NCBI RefSeq assembly: GCF_000150275.1
Contig: NW_002060943.1
Location: forward strand, 4,670,008 to 4,734,007
Reading direction: 5' to 3'
Source of the DNA: Trichoplax adhaerens
Taxonomy: Eukaryota > Animalia > Placozoa
DNA: 64,000 nucleotides
The notes beneath the pieces were generated by a model. That model saw only the letters and a program-made list of their open reading frames with translations, did no database searches and was not told where the DNA came from. The position numbers and the translations under genes were made by a program. Shown piece by piece: positions 56,601-64,000 of this stretch. How positions within the stretch are numbered: position 1 is the stretch's first letter; each line of letters starts with the position of its first letter.

Positions 56601-59558
56601 TGATGGGCTTTAGCGCCCTCTTTACAAAAACCTGGCGTTTATATGTCATCTTTACTAATAAAACCAGCCGAAAGCAGGTACAGTCACACGAATGTGTTTA
56701 GTTCAGCTAGCCGAAATTTTGCTTTTAGATTCCTATCTATAGAATATTGCGATCTTCTTTAATATTTAGCGAGGCAACTATTAGTGGGTTATTAAAATTT
56801 ATTTTCGTAATGGCACCAGCCATATAACTAATAACGATTGATATTGGTGGCAGGGAATGAAAGACAAGCAATTATCTAGATTTATAATTATAGCCGTACT
56901 TGTTGGAATTATCATCTTAACTGCACAAGCCACCGTTGATCCAATCAATCTTCAAAACATGATACTCAATACTGTTAGTATAATAATTTTAAGTTGATTC
57001 TATATTTATCAAACTAAATCTGTTGCTGTCTTAGTAATACATGAATCAAATGTCGAATAATGAGCTTAATTTGAGCACAACCGTAAGATAGTTAATAACG
57101 TAACAGAATCATAATTACGTTATATAATTCTCATATTCTCGCTAGTACATCATATTTGGAGACGATCATATTGCATATCATATTTAGAGATAATATGAAA
57201 ACTACAAGAACACATCTTATCACTCGTTTTTAGATCCATATCTATTCTTTTAATCTGTTTCATCTGTCAAAGATTGATTAAATTAGAAATTGTTATTACA
57301 TTATTTAAGTTTAAATTATTAGGAAAGCTATAGCAATTGAAGGAGAATATAGGTGTATTACCTTACATATCAGAGAAAAATTGATGTATACCGTAATTTG
57401 CATACAATATCTATTCTTGCATTATTTATTTTTACTGGTTATTGATCATTCGAGCATAGGACTGCAGTGTCTTCTGCCAGTTCTCCAGTATTAGGATGCG
57501 AATGATGCAGGCGACTAGTTTCACTTATTTGATGCTATTTATCGTCAAATCTTGAAGTATTCTGAGTATCATTTTATTTCTTTTAAATATGCTAGTAAAG
57601 ATAACGAATATAATACCTATATTGGAAGTTTAAATTATAGATTTATTCTTATTTACAGAAAACTGAAGAGAATGGAGATTTTAAAATCGTTTACTCCATT
57701 ACCACGTGCGTTACAAAGCATCCAGCAATATGGCAGAGTTTAATGTTGGGTAGCAACGGTATCTTGCTGCTTTATGGTTTAGCATTAGCTTGGAAAACTC
57801 GAAATATTGCGTGTGATGTGGCCAATGACTCTAAAACCATTGGGTTGGCGGTATATAGCGTTTGCGTTTTTTCCAGTACGGCTGCCTTGATTGGCTTCAC
57901 TGTAACCCAACCAGCAGTCCGATTTAGCATGATTGCACTTTTCATCTTGCTATCAACAACTGGATCAATGTATTTAATTTTCTTACCGAAGGTAAAATTT
58001 CCAAGCATCTTGTTTTTGTTATAACAATTTCGATCCCAAATAAATATATGCAATATTATAGAAGACATGCCTATAAAATTTTATGAATCAAGGGAATTTA
58101 ATATGCAAGAGAGAAGTATTACAATTGTATAAATTTACTCAGTATTTTAATCTAACGGTGATGAAAAGGTTTGGATGATTAAAGATCTAGCCAGGGTTAA
58201 TTCAACGCAAAGATCGAATGAAGCTGATTCTGAGCCAGGAAAATTAATTGAGCGGGTATGATTAAAATTTCAATTCTCTCTCCCACATTGAAGGCATGAT
58301 GAATCGAATTTCTTCGATACTAATATTTTTATGTATAGTGTTTAAAAGTTAAACGTATGATGCAATTTATATTCTTTTGAGATTACTTTCTTATATATAT
58401 TCTTATTTCGTAATCATTAATTAGCTTATTTTCATAATAGCAATCTGTGTAATATATATTTGCTTGATCTAATTTTGCATTTATTGGCTGTTAGGTGAGC
58501 GAAAGATAAAGTAAATTACTATATATTATACAGCTGTATTCAACGTACTTTGCAAGAGGACTTCTTTAATGCTAGGCATTTTTCATTTGCATACGTGTTT
58601 ATCCATGTATCTATCTTGGTTACAGCTGCATCAATTCTCTGTAGATTTCCCATTTTCTACCTATTTTTCGACTTCTTTGAGTTATTAAATTCATTAACAT
58701 TAATATTTTACTTTATAATGAGTTTGTTCATTCTTTCAGCATCTTCATCACTCTGCTAGTCGATCGTCAATAATGCCCGATCCGAAAGTTTATAAGGTAT
58801 CGTTGATTGGGCAACTGAAATGGATATCTTAAGAAATCAAAATAGAAATTTGTAATAAGACTAACTCATTGTTATTTCTTTATAGTTGCAAGACGAGATT
58901 AGTGAGCTGAAATCTCTTCTGGCTATGAAGTGTCAGCGTATTGAGGAGGTAAATCAATTTCGTGCACTGTTAGCAACATTTTTCTTGTGTATGATATCTG
59001 ACATAAATGATCAAAAGAATATCATTAATCGACAATTTCATTCCAAGTTATAACCATTCAGTTAATTAACATGGTATAACTGCATCATCATTAGCTAGAG
59101 GAGAGCTTACTAAAATCGAAAATAAGCACCATTACTAATAATGAAGACACCATACCAAGATTGCATTCAGAATTAGTGGAGGTAAAAAATTATTTTCCAG
59201 TGATTAAAACATGTACTTACAGAAACATAGACAGCCGTCGTAGGACGAAATAATTCAGTATGACGGAGTTTTGAAATCTAATTTAAATAATGGCGTTCAT
59301 AATTCAACGGAGATCAAGCCTAATTTATAGATCGCCATATGAAAGAAACTAATTTGTAATCGATAAATCAATATTGGCACTGTTTATTTAAAATTTAAAC
59401 TAAAATAGGATGCAAGCAATTCCTGTCGATGCAAATCTGCAAATTGTTGGAAATCTTACTTCAATCAGGACAGTCAGGAAATCTCAAGCTATAACAATTC
59501 TTATTTGTCTGTTCAATCGCCACAACAGCGCAGAGTTTCCTTCCTGCCTAAAGATTAG
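47620..59558 (+). CDS. GABA-B receptor-like class C GPCR, paralog C
   Basis: Exons 47620-47883, 50328-50465, 50624-50794, 51002-51109, 51631-51696, 53099-53311, 53513-53761, 54082-54145, 54667-54756, 55926-56076, 56263-56410, 56570-56677, 56854-56973, 57659-57991, 58169-58255, 58740-58796, 58886-58948, 59095-59181, 59231-59257 and 59409-59558, all in frame. Motifs as in A and B; coiled coil LQDEISELKSLLAMKCQRIEELEESL. The tail exons are less certain than the core. Confidence 0.91.
48150..48330 (+). repeat. Short diverged tandem duplication (~90 bp unit) in intron 1 of receptor C
   Basis: AGAAAC...CCG.ACTTTAA.TTCAGATT...AATTTT...AACAA occurs twice, about 90 bp apart. Confidence 0.5.
51836..52058 (+). 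repeat. Dispersed repeat, copy 1 (direct relative to ~63790-63997)
   Basis: AGAACTACAGTTTCTTG..TTCACTTTATTACA..TAACTACCAAGGACTATCT..TCTAAATTTACTATCGCGCA are shared in the same order. Confidence 0.75.
52320..52415. repeat. ACTGT/ACAGT pentamer cluster in intron 5 of receptor C
   Basis: AGTACTGTACAGTATTGTAGTACTGTACTGTACTAC...TACAGTAC. Confidence 0.6.
55141..55772 (+). mobile_element. Solo LTR (copy 2), in intron 9 of receptor C
   Basis: 632 bp with TGTGACA...TGTGACA termini. Co-linear with copy 1 over its full length with scattered substitutions and small indels, and it has the same TATATAAA/AATAAA pair. The flanks (ATATA / ACATC) do not form a TSD. Confidence 0.75.
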
Positions 59559-59799
59559 AACTAATCTTAAATGAAGCAAGTATATAATTAAACAGACAGA
59601 TTAAGTCAGCCAAAGCAATACAAATCTGATAATGAATACGATATTTTAGATAAATAGCTTAATTAGCTGTAGCCGTGCAATTCGTATATTACTTGGACGA
59701 AGTCATAGATTCAATTTTTCTTCCTCTTTGTTGTACTAATATCTTCCTTCTTCCCGTTACTATAACATCGATTAATAGATATTTGCAGATACTTATGTA

Positions 59800-60400
59800 C
59801 AGTAAGAAAACTGTTAATAATGATTTAAGGTTATGATTATCTATAGTGAACAATTGCAAAATATAATAACGATCATAGATTTAACTCGATCATACAATAG
59901 CAAAGCCGTATTTTCACTTTCCCTTCCTTTTCTTTAAATAAATCAATTCTCTCTCAAGCTGTGGTGCTGATAGATACTTGCAGCCATTTCTCATAGACAG
60001 TAACATTCAGAAATTAACCACTTATGATACTCCTGTGATTCGATCAATAGATACCCACAGATATGCACCTATATATATATACCTCGTATAGTAGGAAAAT
60101 TCTGTTAATTGTGAATAAAGATTATGATTATCTACGTGGAATAACCGGCAAAACGACTGACGACTATCGATTTAACAAGATCATACAACAGGCAAATTTT
60201 TGAACTTATAATTAATGCAGTTGAATAAAGTCATATTTTCATCTTTCCTTCTGTTTTCTTTACAGTTAAGTAAATCATTTTTCTATTAAGCTATAGCAAC
60301 TAATGGATACTCGCAGCTATTTATATAGCAGACAGTAATATTTACTCGTATAATCAACCATTTATGATATTACTATGATTACTTACAATCGGTAAATACC
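59800..60400 (+). repeat. Diverged tandem duplication (~260-310 bp units)
   Basis: Units ~59800-60056 and ~60090-60400 share TTATGATTATCTA, GATTTAAC..GATCATACAA, GATACT.GCAGC, AGACAGTAA and TTATGATA in order. Confidence 0.65.
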
Positions 60401-62029
60401 AAGTTAAAAATCACCGAAACCTGCAGTGAACTAAGATCTTATAGAGAATTAGCATACCTTCAGTTTTATCTATCTTCTTTCTAGTATTTTATTACATCAA
60501 TTCCAAATAATTTTAAAATTCAATCAATAAGTATGTAGACGTAACTATATTAAGTAATTTTTTACAAGTTAATGTGAACATCTAATTCAGTCAATATCAA
60601 GGAATAATATTTCATTTTATAGCAATTATTTCGTGTTCTAAGATATCGTAGGTAAAGCTAATGAGGCTAGCATTTTCTCTACCCAATCTATTAAAAATAC
60701 GGTTATAAAGCCTTTCATCATTACTGCAACATTATTTACATGTTAATTTCCGTTTTTAATATCTCTTTTTTAATGTGAATCAAAGTATTATTTTATGATC
60801 ATAATACGTATTAATAATAAAGAGAAAAATGTTGGTTATAAACTAGTAGTTGCCCAGCATTAAAAGGATAATTTAGTCTACACGAAAATCTGTGGTTTCT
60901 CATGCTTCTATGCTAAATTTTGATACGAATTTCTAGAGGACAATCTATTTGCAAGTCTTTTCAATTGATTACATCGCTGATGCTTCCTTCTATATATGCT
61001 GCACGCTAAAGCTATCAAATGAATGACTACTTGCTGATATCATAAAATAAAGCATCTACTTGAACTTGATTAGAAGATATTTAGCTTTACAGGGTTTTGA
61101 AAGCCCTAATTTAAGCATAAAAGATCTGATTTAAGTAATTGCAATAAATTAACTGGCCTTAGATACTTGATATCCCTACATTGGCTAAAATTTAAAGGTG
61201 CGTATTTTTTTGAGCGGAATTATAGAAAACGATTCAGATTGCATTCTCCCTTAAAGTCGACTTTAAGTATAAAATAAGATTACTAAAGCACGCTATTACC
61301 TATTGGAACATTTTTCACTATTCCAGTATTTTTGATCAATTCAATATCTCCATCAAATGTAGCAATTTCAACTCATTGCAGTAGTAGCATGAAGGCGTTA
61401 TAGAGCTTATTCACTACAGCAAATAAGCTATCAAAACAATAATCTACTAAAATAATCCATTTTAAAGAAATTTTATCACCTACAAGCTTCTTTAAAGTCC
61501 TAATTTTAATTCTAAAACTTAATAGTCCATTTATGCCAAACAACTTACAATAAGATGACTAAGCTTAAAAGGACTAGAACAAATGTCTTTTCTAACTAAT
61601 AGAATACAATCAACTAGTCAACATGTTGTTTATGATTGGATCTAAACGATATAGATTCTGGATACTCCGACAATTCGTACATAACCGATTGTGAACACAG
61701 TAGATAACTGACACCTTACTAGGGGATTTTACTTATAAGTATCAAATTCTTTGCGAGCTAGTGCTTCGGTAAGCTTTACCAGTATTGTTACAGTACTGTT
61801 TAACTGCAGCGCCAGATGACAATTGAATTAAAACAAGACTGACTGGTTGAACGAGAACATTGTACTTATATACGAGGACTATGGTAATGTTACAAAGCCC
61901 TTATTACAATAACTAGCATATCAAGATTTATATCACAGCTTGCTGTGTTTCAAATCCGGAATAACCTGTAATATTAATAGTACGAGATAACTTAATGCAG
62001 AATTAAACTTAGCATAGCGTATAAACAAT

Positions 62030-62650
62030 TCTGTAAAGTAGCATTGTATTATGATTGTAGACTATTAGCCATGTTTAGTATAATATGCGGTAGTGTCGTT
62101 TTTATACTTATCGTATGATATATTTAGCGGCCCAAATTATAGACTGTAATGGTAGACTCTATGCTAGAGTACCGATGACTATATACAGTAAGATGTTGAG
62201 CTACTAATTAGGTTAGAGGTAAAATAGAACTACAAATCATATATTAAGATATGGTTCGTTCATTGTACTTTGAGTGGTAGGAATAATGTCTACGCAAACA
62301 CGGTAATCGTTTCCATATTGGATTAATGATATTCCACTGTAAAATAGTATTACTAATAATAATTTGATTGCGTGTAAAATAAGGTAAAACGTTGCTATGC
62401 TGATGTAGCTACATGACTACAGAGAGTATAAAAGCAAGCGACATTAAATGATTTGCTTACTCTTTCTAAAAGCTTTTCAGTGGTTTAATTTGGCTAGACT
62501 AGAGCTGTGTGGAGCTAATCCTTGTATTAAATCTAATAAAGTTCTAATTTTCTACAAATTTTGAATTTTCGTGATCGGATATTATCACAAATTCTAATCC
62601 GTTTGTTATTCTTAACTAAAACAGATTGCTGCTAAATCTTTTACTATACT
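62030..62650 (-). repeat. Dispersed repeat, copy 2 (inverted relative to ~37070-37680)
   Basis: Reverse-complement similarity to intron 3 of receptor B (e.g. TAGACTCTATGCTAGAGTA, GAATAATGTCTAC, CATATTGGATT). Confidence 0.75.
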
Positions 62651-63789
62651 AAGTTCAGCAGTACGCTCATTTTCTTTCTAATATTTTCTAATATTTTAAA
62701 AGTTTGATTTCTAATTAGTATACTACAATTATGTTTACTGAATTGCTACATAATTTCATTGCATTAGCCTCGATTTGATTGATAACATTGCATAAAAATC
62801 AAGTAGTATAAATTATATATTTCCAAGCAGACTTTTTCTGTTGTGCATGAATCTAACTTTTTGGAACTAGCTGAAGCATCAAAATGCCGTAAAATTCATT
62901 GTCCTTCATGTGTCCAATGAGTTATATACCATGACTAAACAATTAACTACACGTATATGGATTCTAATGAAGTTATTCACTGCATATCAAATTTTAAAGC
63001 AATTTTGATAAGCTTTCATGTACTCTTCAGACAAATAAGTTATTTATTGATCATCTTTATTTGAGAGACAGCTTTGATTTAGATGAGAGTGTTATGTGAA
63101 GGTAATCTCCCGAGAAATTGCAATAGTTGTTACAAACATAAAGTTAACCACAGGTTACTAGCGTAGTCTTTATCTTTGTCAACGTTTAAATTTACGTAAC
63201 CCTTTCATAATGGCAAATAGCAATTTGCCTAACTACTTTTTGACGGAGATTCTAATTGACAAATCACATATCCATCATTTTGGACGTTATATTCCATGTA
63301 AGCACCAAATAATCCATCTACAAGAAGGGAATTCATCTCTAGTACAAGCTTTGTTAACTTAACAAAGAGAAAAGGAAAATTTCCTGCATTTTGGTATCTT
63401 ATATTCGCTTACCTTTAATGGCATCAGGTTTATATGATGATCTTAATTGAGAAATAAAATTTTGGTATAGCACTTTTGATGAATCTGCAGGCATAGATTT
63501 TCGGAAATTTAACGAATTTGTTTTTAGTTCCCCGTATAAAGTTATCTATAAGATAAAGAATATCGATACTTGGTATTGGCTATTCGATCAAAAAGTGACG
63601 ATTTTAGTACGTGTTTACGGAGCAAAGCACCGTATATATTAATTAAGTAGATTTCGTTATGTAGCTAATGGCAATACGGTGGGAAGTAATTATGAATATT
63701 AATCGTGTATAGTTTTGCTAGACAACCAAGATTTAAGCCTGTTTTGAAATTAATTCGTGTGATAAAGTGATCTTCAAAACAATAAATCA

Positions 63790-64000
63790 AGAACTACAGT
63801 TTCTTGCAAATTTCACTTTATTACAGAAGTTAGGTTCGTCTAACTACCAAGGACTATCTGACTATCTGATAATCTACTTATTACAGCAAAATTCACGATT
63901 TATATACGATTAGTTACAGAATGCTTTTACTGTAACAAATCTTATCTTGCCCATTACAGTAAGTCGCAAGATCAGATCTAAATTTACTATCGCGCAATCT
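63790..64000 (+). repeat. Dispersed repeat, copy 2 (runs off the window end)
   Basis: Same blocks as 51836-52058. Confidence 0.75.

Noticed and set aside
57772-58068. 98-aa minus-strand ORF (similarly 17422-17640, 20736-20921, 44005-44202, 52956-53165)
   Set aside because: Antisense to receptor exons; no independent protein features.
1-64000. Prokaryote-type systems (CRISPR arrays, operons, defence islands), tRNA/rRNA
   Set aside because: The sequence is spliceosomal-intron-rich eukaryotic DNA; no regularly spaced repeat-spacer array or recognisable structural RNA gene was seen.

Overview
AT-rich, intron-dense animal genomic DNA. Composition, short introns, ACAGT/ACTGT microsatellites and an expanded class C GPCR family suggest an early-branching animal such as the placozoan Trichoplax, but this is inference. 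Gene models were built by hand from GT-AG boundaries and reading-frame continuity. In order: a 4-exon TMEM160-like mitochondrial membrane protein gene (+, 407-1513); a convergent MAP4K3/5-type (GCK-I) Ste20 kinase with a CNH domain (-, ~2555-9382); and three complete head-to-tail GABA-B-receptor-like class C GPCR genes (+, 14770-~27291, 30536-~45528, 47620-59558) with matching exon architecture. The receptors are the most interesting feature. All three have a remodelled Venus-flytrap pocket: the GABA amine-binding His/Glu/Trp positions are Arg/Phe/small residues. They also lack the TM3/TM5 intersubunit latch and carry a GABA-B2-like G-protein face. Together this suggests a non-GABA, possibly self-sufficient receptor subfamily. 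Also present: two ~630-bp solo-LTR-like elements (one with a perfect 5-bp target site duplication, TSD), several other dispersed or tandem repeats, a GC-AG intron and two GC-rich hairpins. No CRISPR arrays, rRNA or tRNA genes were recognised.
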